From contig OZ024741.1 in the NCBI GenBank assembly GCA_964016885.1, positions 395,188,001 through 395,252,000 of the forward strand: a stretch of 64,000 bases of DNA, in the 5' to 3' direction. Both the position numbers and the translations under genes were made by a program. This stretch comes from Eledone cirrhosa (Eukaryota). Positions 24,488 through 40,519 of this stretch are shown here, one piece after another (the first letter of the stretch is position 1; each line of letters begins with the position of its first letter). The notes under the pieces were generated by a model. That model was not told the DNA's origin. It worked only from the letters and a program-made list of their open reading frames with translations, and did not search any database.

Positions 24488-27400
24488 CACACTGTACTCA
24501 GGGAAGTGTGTACAGTTGATATACTCATATCTACACTCACACACTGTACTCAGGGAAGTGTGTACAGTTGATATACTCATATCTACACTCACACACTGTA
24601 CTCAGGGCAGTGTGTACAGTTGATATACTCATATCTACACTCACACACTGTACTCAGGGAAGTGTGTACAGTTGATATACTCATATCTACACTCACACAC
24701 TGTACTCAGGGCAGTGTGTACAGTTGATATACTCATATCTACACTCACACACTGTACTCAGGGAAGTGTGTACAGTTGATATACTCATATCTACACTCAC
24801 ACACTGTACTCAGGGAAGTGTGTACAGTTGATATACTCATATCTACACTCACAAACTGTACTCAGGGAAGTGTGTACAGTTGATATACTCATACCTACAC
24901 TCACACACTGTACTCAGGGAAGTGTGTACAGTTGATATACACATATCTACACTCACACACTGTACTCAGGGAAGTGTGTACAGTTGATATACTCATATCT
25001 ACACTCACACACTGTACTCAGGGAAGTGTGTACAGTTGATATACTCATATCTACACTCACAAACTGTACTCAGGGCAGTGTGTACAGTTGATATACTCAT
25101 ATCTACACTCACACACTGTACTCAGGGAAGTGTGTACAGTTGATATACTCATATCTACACTCACACACTGTACTCAGGGCAGTGTGTACAGTTGATATAC
25201 TCATATCTACACTCACACACTGTACTCAGGGAAGTGTGTACAGTTGATATACTCATATCTACACTCACAAACTGTACTCAGGGCAGTGTGTACCGTTGAT
25301 ATACTCATATCTACACTCACACACTGTACTCAGGGAAGTGTGTACAGTTGATATACTCATATCTACACTCACACACTGTACTCAGGGCAGTGTGTACAGT
25401 TGATATACTCATATCTACACTCACACACTGTACTCAGGGAAGTGTGTACAGTTGATATACTCATATCTACACTCACAAACTGTACTCAGGGCAGTGTGTA
25501 CAGTTGATATACTCATATCTACACTCACACACTGTACTCAGGGAAGTGTGTACAGTTGATATACTCATATCTACACTCACACACTGTACTCAGGGCAGTG
25601 TGTACAGTTGATATACTCATATCTACACTCACACACTGTACTCAGGGAAGTGTGTACAGTTGATATACTCATATCTACACTCACACACTGTACTCAGGGC
25701 AGTGTGTACAGTTGATATACTCATATCTACACTCACACACTGTACTCAGGGAAGTGTGTACAGTTGATATACTCATATCTACACTCACACACTGTACTCA
25801 GGGAAGTGTGTACAGTTGATATACTCATATCTACACTCACAAACTGTACTCAGGGAAGTGTGTACAGTTGATATACTCATACCTACACTCACACACTGTA
25901 CTCAGGGAAGTGTTTACAGTTGATATACACATATCTACACTCACACACTGTACCCAGGGAAGTGTGTACAGTTGATATACTCATATCTACACTCACACAC
26001 TGTACTCAGGGAAGTGTGTACAGTTGATATACTCATATCTATACTCACAAACTGTACTCAGCGAAGTGTGTACAGTTGATATACTCATATCTACACTCAC
26101 GCACTGTACTCAGGGAAGTGTGTACAGTTGATATACTCATATCTACACTCACACACTGTACTCAGGGAAGTGTGTACAGTTGATATACTCATATCTACAC
26201 TCACACACTGTACTCAGGGAATTGTGTACAGTTGATATACTCATATCTACACTCACACACTGTACTCAGGGAATTGTGTACAGTTGATATACTCATATCT
26301 ACACTCACACACTGTACTCAGGGAAATGTGTACAGTTGATATACACATATCTACACTCACACACTGTACTCAGGGAAGTGTGTACAGTTGATATACTCAT
26401 ATCTACACTCACACACTGTACTCAGGGAAGTGTGTACAGTTGATATACTCATATCTACACTCACACACTGTACTCAGGGAAGTGTGTACAGTTGATATAC
26501 TCATATCTACACTCACACACTGTACTCAGGGAAATGTGTACAGTTGATATACACATATCTACACACACACTGTACTCAGGGAAGTGTGTACAGTTGATAT
26601 ACTCATATCTACACTCACACACTGTACTCAGGGAATTGTGTACAGTTGATATACTCATATCTACACTCACACACTGTACTCAGGGAAGTGTGTACAGTTG
26701 ATATACTCATACCTACACTCACACACTGTACTCAGGGAAGTGTGTACAGTTGATATACTCATATCTACACTCACACACTGTACTCAGGGAAGTGTGTACA
26801 GTTGATATACTATCTACACTCACACACTGTACTCAGGGAAGTCTGTACAGTTGATATACTCATATCTACACTCACACACTGTACTCAGGGAAGTGTGTAC
26901 AGTTGATATACACATATCTACACTCACACACTGTACTCAGGGAAGTGTGTATAGTTGATATACTCATATCTACACTCACACACTGTACCCTGGGAAGTGT
27001 GTACAGTTGATATACTCATATCTACACTCAAACACTGTACTCAGGGAAGTGTGTACAGTTGATATACTCATATCTACACTCACACACTGTACTCAGGGAA
27101 GTGTGTACAGTTGATATACTATCTACACTCACACACTGTACTCAGGGAAGTGTGTACAGTTGATATACTCATATCTACACTCACAAACTGTACTCAGGGA
27201 AGTGTGTACAGTTGATATACTCATATCTACACTCACGCACTGTACTCAGGGAAGTGTGTACAGTTGATATACTCATATCTACACTCACACACTGTACTCA
27301 GGGAAGTGTGTACAGTTGATATACTCATATCTACACTCACACACTGTACTCAGGGAAGTGTGTACAGTTGATATACTCATATCTACACTCACACACTGTA

Positions 27401-30400
27401 CTCAGGGAATTGTGTACAGTTGATATACTCATATCTACACTCACACACTGTACTCAGGGAATTGTGTACAGTTGATATACTCATATCTACACTCACACAC
27501 TGTACTCAGGGAATGTGTACAGTTGATATACACATATCTACACTCACACACTGTACTCAGGGAAGTGTGTACAGTTGATATACTCATATCTACACTCACA
27601 CACTGTACTCAGGGAAGTGTGTACAGTTGATATACTCATATCTACACTCACACACTGTACTCAGGGAAGTGTGTACAGTTGATATACTCATATCTACACT
27701 CACACACTGTACTCAGGGAAGTGTGTACAGTTGATATACTCATATCTACACTCACACACTGTACTCAGGGAAGTGTGTACAGTTGATATACTCATATCTA
27801 CACTCACACACTGTACTCAGGGAAGTGTGTACAGTTGATATACTCATATCTACACTCACACACTGTACTCAGGGAAGTGTGTACAGTTGATATACTCATA
27901 TCTACACTCACACACTGTACTCAGGGAAGTGTGTACAGTTGATATACTCATATCTACACTCACACACTGTACTCAGGGCAGTGTGTACAGTTGATATACT
28001 CATATCTACACTCACACACTGTACTCAGGGAAGTGTGTACAGTTGATATACTCATATCTACACTCACACACTCTACTCAGGGAAGTGTGTACAGTTGATA
28101 TACTCATATCTACACTCACAAACTGTACTCAGGGAAGTGTGTACAGTTGATATACTCATATCTACACTCACACACTGTACTCAGGGAAGTGTGTACAGTT
28201 GATATACTCATATCTACACTCACACACTGTACTCAGGGAAGTGTGTACAGTTGATATACTCATATCTACACTCACACACTGTACTCAGGGAAGTGTGTAC
28301 AGTTGATATACTCATATCTACACTCACACACTGTACTCAGGGAAGTGTGTACAGTTGATATACTCATATCTACACTCACACGCTGTACTCAGGGAATTGT
28401 GTACAGTTGATATACTCATATCTACACTCACATGCTGTACTCAGGGAAGTGTGTACAGTTGATATACTCATATGTACACTCACACACTGTACTCAGGGAA
28501 GTGTGTACAGTTGATATACTCATATCTACACTCACACACTGTACTCAGGGAAGTGTGTACAGTTGATATACTCATATCTACACTCACAAACTGTACTCAG
28601 GGAAGTGTGTACAGTTGATATACTCATACCTACACTCACACACTGTACTCAGGGAAGTGTGTACAGTTGATATACTCATACCTACACTCACACACTGTAC
28701 TCAGGGAAGTGTGTACAGTTGATATACTCATATCTACACTCACAAACTGTACTCAGGGAGGTGTGTACAGTTGATATACTCATATCTACACTCACAAACT
28801 GTACTCAGGGCAGTGTGTACAGTTGATATACTCATATCTACACTCACACACTGTACTCAGGGAAGTGTGTACAGTTGATATACTCATATCTACACTCACA
28901 CACTGTACTCAGGGCAGTGTGTACAGTTGATATACTCATATCTACACTCACACACTGTACTCAGGGAAGTGTGTACAGTTGATATACTCATATCTACACT
29001 CACAAACTGTACTCAGGGCAGTGTGTACAGTTGATATACTCATATCTACACTCACACACTGTACTCAGGGAAGTGTGTACAGTTGATATACTCATATCTA
29101 CACTCACACACTGTACTCAGGGCAGTGTGTACAGTTGATATACTCATATCTACACTCACACACTGTACTCAGGGAAGTGTGTACAGTTGATATACTCATA
29201 TCTACACTCACAAACTGTACTCAGGGCAGTGTGTACAGTTGATATACTCATATCTACACTCACACACTGTACTCAGGGAAGTGTGTACAGTTGATATACT
29301 CATATCTACACTCAAACACTGTACTCAGGGAAGTGTGTACAGTTGATATACTCATATCTACACTCACACACTGTACTCAGGGAAGTGTGTACAGTTGATA
29401 TACTATCTACACTCACACACTGTACTCAGGGAAGTGTGTACAGTTGATATACTCATATCTACACTCACAAACTGTACTCAGGGAAGTGTGTACAGTTGAT
29501 ATACTCATATCTACACTCACGCACTGTACTCAGGGAAGTGTGTACAGTTGATATACTCATATCTACACTCACACACTGTACTCAGGGAAGTGTGTACAGT
29601 TGATATACTCATATCTACACTCACACACTGTACTCAGGGAAGTGTGTACAGTTGATATACTCATATCTACACTCACACACTGTACTCAGGGAATTGTGTA
29701 CAGTTGATATACTCATATCTACACTCACACACTGTACTCAGGGAATTGTGTACAGTTGATATACTCATATCTACACTCACACACTGTACTCAGGGAATGT
29801 GTACAGTTGATATACACATATCTACACTCACACACTGTACTCAGGGAAGTGTGTACAGTTGATATACTCATATCTACACTCACACACTGTACTCAGGGAA
29901 GTGTGTACAGTTGATATACTCATATCTACACTCACACACTGTACTCAGGGAAGTGTGTACAGTTGATATACTCATATCTACACTCACACACTGTACTCAG
30001 GGAAGTGTGTACAGTTGATATACTCATATCTACATTCACACACTGTACTCAGGGAAGTGTGTACAGTTGATATACTCATATCTACACTCACACACTGTAC
30101 TCAGGGAAGTGTGTACAGTTGATATACTCATATCTACACTCACACACTGTACTCAGGGAAGTGTGTACAGTTGATATACTCATATCTACACTCACACACT
30201 GTACTCAGGGAAGTGTGTACAGTTGATATACTCATATCTACACTCACACACTGTACTCAGGGCAGTGTGTACAGTTGATATACTCATATCTACACTCACA
30301 CACTGTACTCAGGGAAGTGTGTACAGTTGATATACTCATATCTACACTCACACACTCTACTCAGGGAAGTGTGTACAGTTGATATACTCATATCTACACT

Positions 30401-33400
30401 CACAAACTGTACTCAGGGAAGTGTGTACAGTTGATATACTCATATCTACACTCACACACTGTACTCAGGGAAGTGTGTACAGTTGATATACTCATATCTA
30501 CACTCACACACTGTACTCAGGGAAGTGTGTACAGTTGATATACTCATATCTACACTCACACACTGTACTCAGGGAAGTGTGTACAGTTGATATACTCATA
30601 TCTACACTCACACACTGTACTCAGGGAATTGTGTACAGTTGATATACTCATATCTACACTCACACACTGTACTCAGGAATTGTGTACAGTTGATATACTC
30701 ATATCTACACTCACACACTGTACTCAGGGAAATGTTGTACAGTTGATATACACATATCTATACTCACACACTGTACTCAGGGAAGTGTGTACAGTTGATA
30801 TACTCATATCTACACTCACACACTGTACTCAGGGAAGTGTGTACAGTTGATATACTCATATCTACACTCACACACTGTACTCAGGGAAGTGTGTACAGTT
30901 GATATACTCATATCTACACTCACACACTGTACTCAGGGAAGTGTGTACAGTTGATATACTCATATCTACACTCACACACTGTACTCAGGGAAGTGTGTAC
31001 AGTTGATATACTCATATCTACACTCACACGCTGTACTCAGGGAATTGTGTACAGTTGATATACTCATATCTACACTCACATGCTGTACTCAGGGAAGTGT
31101 GTACAGTTGATATACTCATATCTACACTCACACACTTTACTCAGGGAAGTGTGTACAGTTGATATACTCATATCTACACTCACACACTGTACTCAGGGAA
31201 GTGTGTACAGTTGATATACTCATATCTACACTCACAAACTGTACTCAGGGAAGTGTGTACAGTTGATATACTCATACCTACACTCACACACTGTACTCAG
31301 GGAAGTGTGTACAGTTGATATACTCATACCTACACTCACACACTGTACTCAGGGAAGTGTGTACAGTTGATATACTCATATCTACACTCACAAACTGTAC
31401 TCAGGGAAGTCTGTACAGTTGATATACTCATATCTACACTCACACACTGTACTCAGGGAAGTGTGTACAGTTGATATACTCATATCTACACTCACACACT
31501 GTACTCAGGGAAGTGTGTACAGTTGATATACTCATATCTACACTCACACACTGTACTCAGGGCAGTGTGTACAGTTGATATACTCATATCTACACTCACA
31601 CACTGTACTCAGGGAAGTGTGTACAGTTGATATACTCATATCTACACTCACACACTGTACTCAGGGCAGTGTGTACAGTTGATATACTCATATCTACACT
31701 CACACACTGTACTCAGGGAAGTGTGTACAGTTGATATACTCATATCTACACTCACACACTGTACTCAGGGAAGTGTGTACAGTTGATATACTCATATCTA
31801 CACTCACAAACTGTACTCAGGGAAGTGTGTACAGTTGATATACTCATACCTACACTCACACACTGTACTCAGGGAAGTGTGTACAGTTGATATACACATA
31901 TCTACACTCACACACTGTACTCAGGGAAGTGTGTACAGTTGATATACTCATATCTACACTCACACACTGTACTCAGGGAAGTGTGTACAGTTGATATACT
32001 CATATCTACACTTACAAACTGTACTCAGGGCAGTGTGTACAGTTGATATACTCATATCTACACTCACACACTGTACTCAGGGAAGTGTGTACAGTTGATA
32101 TACTCATATCTACACTCACACACTGTACTCAGGGCAGTGTGTACAGTTGATATACTCATATCTACACTCACACACTGTACTCAGGGAAGTGTGTACAGTT
32201 GATATACTCATATCTACACTCACAAACTGTACTCAGGGCAGTGTGTACAGTTGATATACTCATATCTACACTCACACACTGTACTCAGGGAAGTGTGTAC
32301 AGTTGATATACTCATATCTACACTCACACACTGTACTCAGGGCAGTGTGTACAGTTGATATACTCATATCTACACTCACACACTGTACTCAGGGAAGTGT
32401 GTACAGTTGATATACTCATATCTACACTCACAAACTGTACTCAGGGCAGTGTGTACAGTTGATATACTCATATCTACACTCACACACTGTACTCAGGGAA
32501 GTGTGTACAGTTGATATACTCATATCTACACTCACACACTGTACTCAGGGCAGTGTGTACAGTTGATATACTCATATCTACACTCACACACTGTACTCAG
32601 GGAAGTGTGTACAGTTGATATACTCATATCTACACTCACACACTGTACTCAGGGCAGTGTGTACAGTTGATATACTCATATCTACACTCACACACTGTAC
32701 TCAGGGAAGTGTGTACAGTTGATATACTCATATCTACACTCACACACTGTACTCAGGGAAGTGTGTACAGTTGATATACTCATATCTACACTCACAAACT
32801 GTACTCAGGGAAGTGTGTACAGTTGATATACTCATACCTACACTCACACACTGTACTCAGGGAAGTGTGTACAGTTGATATACACATATCTACACTCACA
32901 CACTGTACCCAGGGAAGTGTGTACAGTTGATATACTCATATCTACACTCACACACTGTACTCAGGGAAGTGTGTACAGTTGATATACTCATATCTACACT
33001 CACAAACTGTACTCAGCGAAGTGTGTACAGTTGATATACTCATATCTACACTCACACACTGTACTCAGGGAAGTGTGTACAGTTGATATACTCATATCTA
33101 CACTCACACACTGTACTCAGGGAAGTGTGTACAGTTGATATACTCATATCTACACTCACACACTGTACTCAGGGAATTGTGTACAGTTGATATACTCATA
33201 TCTACACTCACACACTGTACTCAGGGAATTGTGTACAGTTGATATACTCATATCTACACTCACACACTGTACTCAGGGAAATGTGTACAGTTGATATACA
33301 CATATCTACACTCACACACTGCACTCAGGGAAGTGTGTACAGTTGATATACTCATATCTACACTCACACACTGTACTCAGGGAAGTGTGTACAGTTGATA

Positions 33401-36400
33401 TACTCATATCTACACTCACACACTGTACTCAGGGAAGTGTGTACAGTTGATATACTCATATCTACACTCACACACTGTACTCAGGGAAATGTGTACAGTT
33501 GATATACACATATCTACACTCACACACTGTACTCAGGGAAGTGTGTACAGTTGATATCCTCATATCTACACTCACACACTGTACTCAGGGAATTGTGTAC
33601 AGTTGATATACTCATATCTACACTCACACACTGTACTCAGGGAAGTGTGTACAGTTGATATACTCATATCTACACTCACACACTGTACTCAGGGAATTGT
33701 GTACAGTTGATATACTCATATCTACACTCACACACTGTACTCAGGGAAGTGTGTACAGTTGATATACTCATATCTACACTCACACACTGTACTCAGGGAA
33801 GTGTGTACAGTTGATATACTCATATCTACACTCACACACTGTACTCAGAGAAGTGTGTACAGTTGATATACCCATATCTACACTCACACACTGTACTCAG
33901 GGAAGTGTGTACAGTTGATATACTCATATCTACACTCACACACTGTACTCAGGGAAGTGTGTACAGTTGATATACTCATATCTACACTCACACACTGTAC
34001 TCAGGGAAGTGTGTACAGTTGATATACTCATATCTACACTCACACACTGTACTCAGGGAATTGTGTACAGTTGATATACTCATATCTACACTCACACACT
34101 GTACTCAGGGAAATGTGTACAGTTGATATACACATATCTACACTCACACACTGTACTCAGGGAAGTGTGTACAGTTGATATACTCATATCTACACTCACA
34201 CACTGTACTCAGGGAAGTGTGTACAGTTGATATACTCATATCTACACTCACACACTGTACTCAGGGAAGTGTGTACAGTTGATATACTCACATCTACACT
34301 CACACACTGTACTCAGGGAAGTGTGTACAGTTGATATACTCATATATACACTCACAAACTGTACTCAGGGAAATGTGTACAGTTGATATACACATATCTA
34401 CACTCACACACTGTACTCAGGGAAGTGTGTACAGTTGATATACTCATATCTACACTCACACACTGTACTCAGGGAATTGTGTACAGTTGATATACTCATA
34501 TCTACACTCACACACTGTACTCAGGGAAGTGTGTACAGTTGATATACTCATATCTACACTCACACACTGTACTCAGGGAATTGTGTACAGTTGATATACT
34601 CATATCTACACTCACACACTGTACTCAGGGAAGTGTGTACAGTTGATATACTCATATCTACACTCACACACTGTACTCAGGGAAGTCTGTACAGTTGATA
34701 TACTCATATCTACACTCACACACGGTACTCAGAGAAGTGTGTACAGTTGATATACTCATATCTACACTCACACACTGTACTCAGGGAAGTGTGTACAGTT
34801 GATATACTCATATCTACACTCACACACTGTACTCAGGGAAGTGTGTACAGTTGATATACTCATATCTACACTCACACACTGTACTCAGGGAAGTGTGTAC
34901 AGTTGATATACTCATATCTACACTCACACACTGTACTCAGGGAAGTGTGTACAGTTGATATACTCATATCTACACTCACACACTGTACTCAGGGAAGTGT
35001 GTACAGTTGATATACTCATATCTACACTCACACACTGTACTCAGGGAAGTGTGTACAGTTGATATACTCATATCTACACTCACACACTGTACTCAGGGAA
35101 TTGTGTACAGTTGATATACTCAAATCTACACTCACACACTGTACTCAGGGAATTGTGTACAGTTGATATACTCATATCTACACTCACACACTGTACTCAG
35201 GGAAATGTGTACAGTTGATATACACATAATCTACACTCACACACTGTACTCAGGGAAGTGTGTACAGTTGATATACTCATATCTACACTCACACACTGTA
35301 CTCAGGGAAGTGTGTACAGTTGATATACTCATATCTACACTCACACACTGTACTCAGGGAAGTGTGTACAGTTGATATACTCATATCTACACTCACACAC
35401 TGTACTCAGGGAAGTGTGTACAGTTGATATACTCATATCTACACTCACACACTGTACTCAGGGAAGTGTGTACAGTTGATATACTCATATCTACACTCAC
35501 ACACTGTACTCAGGGAAGTGTGTACAGTTGATATACTCATATCTACACTCACACACTGTACTCAGGGAATTGTGTACAGTTGATATACTCATATCTACAC
35601 TCACACACTGTACTCAGGGAAGTGTGTACAGTTGATATACTCATATCTACACTCACACACTGTACTCAGGGAAGTGTGTACAGTTGATATACTCATATCT
35701 ACACTCACACACTGTACTCAGGGAAGTGTGTACAGTTGATATACTCATATCTACACTCACACACTGTACTCAGGGAATTGTGTACAGTTGATATACTCAT
35801 ATCTACACTCACACACTGTACTCAGGGAATTGTGTACAGTTGATATACTCATATCTACACTCACACACTGTACTCAGGGAAGTGTGTACAGTTGATATAC
35901 TCATATCTACACTCACACACTGTACTCAGGGAAGTGTGTACAGTTGATATACTCATATCTACACTCACACACTGTACTCAGGGAAGTGTGTACAGTTGAT
36001 ATACTCATATCTACACTCACACACTGTACTCAGGGAATTGTGTACAGTTGATATACTCATATCTACACTCACACACTGTACTCAGGGAATTGTGTACAGT
36101 TGATATACTCATATCTACACTCACACACTGTACTCAGGGAAGTGTGTACAGTTGATATACTCATATCTACACTCACACACTGTACTCAGGGAAGTGTGTA
36201 CAGTTGATATACTCATATCTACACTCACACACTGTACTCAGGGAAGTGTGTACAGTTGATATACTCATATCTACACTCACACACTGTACTCAGAGAAGTG
36301 TGTACAGTTGATATACTCATATCTACACTCACACACTGTACTCAGGGAAGTGTGTACAGTTGATATACTCATATCTACACTCACACACTGTACTCAGGGA

Positions 36401-39097
36401 AGTGTGTACAGTTGATATACTCATATCTACACTCACACACTGTACTCAGGGAAGTGTGTACAGTTGATATACTCATATCTACACTCACAAACTGTACTCA
36501 GGGAAGTGTGTACAGTTGATATACTCATATCTACACTCACACACTGTACTCAGGGAAGTGTGTACAGTTGATATACTCATATCTACACTCACACACTGTA
36601 CTCAGGGAAGTGTGTACAGTTGATATACTCATATCTACACTCACACACTGTACTCAGGGAAGTGTGTACAGTTGATATACTCATATCTACACTCACACAC
36701 TGTACTCAGGGAATTGTGTACAGTTGATATACTCATATCTACACTCACACACTGTACTCAGGGAATTGTGTACAGTTGATATACTCATATCTACACTCAC
36801 ACACTGTACTCAGGGAATTGTGTACAGTTGATATACTCATATCTACACTCACACACTCTACTCAGGGAAATGTGTACAGTTGATATACACATATCTACAC
36901 TCACACACTGTACTCAGGGAAGTGTGTACAGTTGATATACTCATATCTACACTCACACACTGTACTCAGGGAATTGTGTACAGTTGATATACTCATATCT
37001 ACACTCACACACTGTACTCAGGGCAGTGTGTACAGTTGATATACTCATATCTACACTCACACACTGTACTCAGGGAAGTGTGTACAGTTGATATACTCAT
37101 ATCTACACTCACACACTGTACTCAGGGAAGTGTGTACAGTTGATATACTCATATCTACACTCACAAACTGTACTCAGGGAAGTGTGTACAGTTGATATAC
37201 TCATACCTACACTCACACACTGTACTCAGGGAAGTGTGTACAGTTGTTATACACATATCTACACTCACACACTGTACTCAGGGAAGTGTGTATAGTTGAT
37301 ATACTCATATCTACACTCACACACTGTACTCAGGGAAGTGTGTACAGTTGATATACTCATATCTACACTCACAAACTGTACTCAGCGAAGTGTGTACAGT
37401 TGATATACTCATATCTACACTCACACACTGTACTCAGGGAAGTGTGTACAGTTGATATACTCATATCTACACTCACACACTGTACTCAGGGAAGTGTGTA
37501 CAGTTGATATACTCATATCTACACTCACACACTGTACTCAGGGAAGTGTGTACAGTTGATATACTCATATCTACACTCACACACTGTACTCAGGGAATTG
37601 TGTACAGTTGATATACTCATATCTACACTCACACACTGTACTCAGGGAATTGTGTACAGTTGATATACTCATATCTACACTCACACACTGTACTCAGGGA
37701 AATGTGTACAGTTGATATACACATATCTACACTCACACACTGTACTCAGGGAAGTGTGTACAGTTGATATACTCATATCTACACTCACACACTGTACTCA
37801 GGGAAGTGTGTACAGTTGATATACTCATATCTACACTCACACACTGTACTCAGGGAAGTGTGTACAGTTGATATACTCATATCTACACTCACACACTGTA
37901 CTCAGGGAAATGTGTACAGTTGATATACACATATCTACACTCACACACTGTACTCAGGGAAGTGTGTACAGTTGATATACTCATATCTACACTCACACAC
38001 TGTACTCAGGGAATTGTGTACAGTTGATATACTCATATCTACACTCACACACTGTACTCAGGGAAGTGTGTACAGTTGATATACTCATATCTACACTCAC
38101 ACACTGTACTCAGGGAATTGTGTACAGTTGATATACTCATATCTACACTCACACACTGTACTCAGGGAAGTGTGTACAGTTGATATACTCATATCTACAC
38201 TCACACACTGTACTCAGGGAAGTGTGTACAGTTGATATACTCATATCTACACTCACACACTGTACTCAGAGAAGTGTGTACAGTTGATATACTCATATCT
38301 ACACTCACACACTGTACTCAGGGAAGTGTGTACAGTTGATATACTCATATCTACACTCACACACTGTACTCAGGGAAGTGTGTACAGTTGATATACTCAT
38401 ATCTACACTCACACACTGTACTCAGGGAAGTGTGTACAGTTGATATACTCATATCTACACTCACACACTGTACTCAGGGAATTGTGTACAGTTGATATAC
38501 TCATATCTACACTCACACACTGTACTCAGGGAATTGTGTACAGTTGATATACTCATATCTACACTCACACACTGTACTCAGGGAAATGTGTACAGTTGAT
38601 ATACACATATCTACACTCACACACTGTACTCAGGGAAGTGTGTACAGTTGATATACTCATATCTACACTCACACACTGTACTCAGGGAAGTGTGTACAGT
38701 TGATATACTCATATCTACACTCACACACTGTACTCAGGGAAGTGTGTACAGTTGATATACTCATATCTACACTCACACACTGTACTCAGGGAAGTGTGTA
38801 CAGTTGATATACTCATATCTACACTCACACACTGTACTCAGAGAAGTGTGTACAGTTGATATACTCATATCTACACTCACACACTGTACTCAGGGAAGTG
38901 TGTACAGTTGATATACTCATATCTACACTCACACACTGTACTCAGGGAATTGTGTACAGTTGATATACTCATATCTACACTCACACACTGTACTCAGGGA
39001 AGTGTGTACAGTTGATATACTCATATCTACACTCACACACTGTACTCAGGGAAGTGTGTACAGTTGATATACTCATACCTACACTCACACACTGTAC
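24488..39097. repeat. Homogeneous tandem satellite, 52-bp unit CACACTGTACTCAGGGAAGTGTGTACAGTTGATATACTCATATCTACACTCA, about 280 copies
   Basis: Period of 52 read directly (24491 to 24543); 14.6 kb with no spacers. Confidence 0.99.
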
Positions 39098-40519
39098 AGT
39101 TAAGACGCTGCACATATATACACAGATGAAAAAAAGAAAGATCTACACATAGGCATTCATACCCTCACACAGACATGTTCATACAAATACATCCACCCAG
39201 ACATGTGCATACACGTGCGCAAGCATATTTGCGAGGACGCACGTACATACATGTACCCGCACATGTACATTACCGAAGGCACATACTTGATGAATACCCT
39301 CACACCCGTTACCACACGCGTTGCTGTGCACATGGCGCACATAGTATTATATGGGACAACGTTCTTGAGGCTTGGACCCAACCCAATCACGTGGCGATAT
39401 AAGCCCGGAAGTGCACAATATGCATAAATGCTATAGCCGCGTAGTAGCCCTGCACTAATCACATATAACATGGGTGGCACATATATATAAAAAATGCCTG
39501 TACGTACATAAAATAAAATAAAGTAAAATAAAATAATATAAAATAATATAATATAAAATAAAATACTGGAAAAAGGAATGTATAAATGACAAGGATGCAG
39601 AGGGGGTCCGGACATTATTGGGGTGTGTGTAAAGTTGCATAAAATACTTGAGGGCTGTGGTGCATATGGTTATATAATATACATGGGGACTGGTGATGTA
39701 AGGTACTGGGTAAGAGTCTGCACATGATACAGGTCTCCTGGCTGGTGGACACATGAGGACCTTGCGTGCGTACACAAACAAGTTATATATATTGTGGATG
39801 TGTATAACATCTATTTCATAATAGTATATATGAGATGTACATGTATTGGATGTATACATGGAATATATAGGGTGTGTCTTTCATAGCAGTATATATGAAA
39901 TGTACGTGGAGTGTATGCATGATTGGAATGTGCCAGCGGCTTGTGTTGTAGGCGTGTATATATCAACGGCAGGCAAAGTTAAAATTAACTGTGACATTAA
40001 CCTTAAGACCAGCATCAGGTCCGGCATCTAAGTAGCAAATTAAACACCACGGATCGAAGATCCAAAATCAAAGATTGGAAATTTAAAAATTTAAGAATTT
40101 GAAAATTTAAAACCACACATAGGGTTCTAGACCAAATCAGACTTATATTGAGTCTGTGTCCGCAAATTGGTGTGGTGGTGCTATCCAAGGTATGTTACGA
40201 GGTAGGCATCGACGGATCTGTCTCTGATATCAGCTTGTTCCGTCATGCATTCATAGGTATGGTGTGTTATATATCATGGTCCGCTGCATGCGCCCCACCT
40301 GGTATTGTGATGGCGGTAGTACCATAGGTAGACCCACCCGGTATCACTAAAGCGGAGAGCGTGCATTTACGTTGGTGTCTGCAGACCATGATGATTTCAG
40401 ATTTGAGGTTGACTGCGGCGCCTTTAAGTTTTACTATCTCCATAAAAACACTTATTAGCAATACATAAAGACCTCCCTGTATAGATAAGAAATGTATAAT
40501 CTGTAAATTAAGCCCCCAT

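Noticed and set aside
24488-24540. RSS/Transib heptamer-like TACAGTG in the satellite unit (minus strand)
   Set aside because: The critical first C is mismatched and there is no nonamer at 12 or 23 bp.
24410-35375. Short ORFs within the satellite
   Set aside because: The 52-bp unit is not a multiple of 3, so these ORFs arise from occasional indels.
24488-39097. CRISPR-like array of palindromic repeats
   Set aside because: There are no unique spacers and no cas genes, and the context is eukaryotic. It is a head-to-tail satellite.
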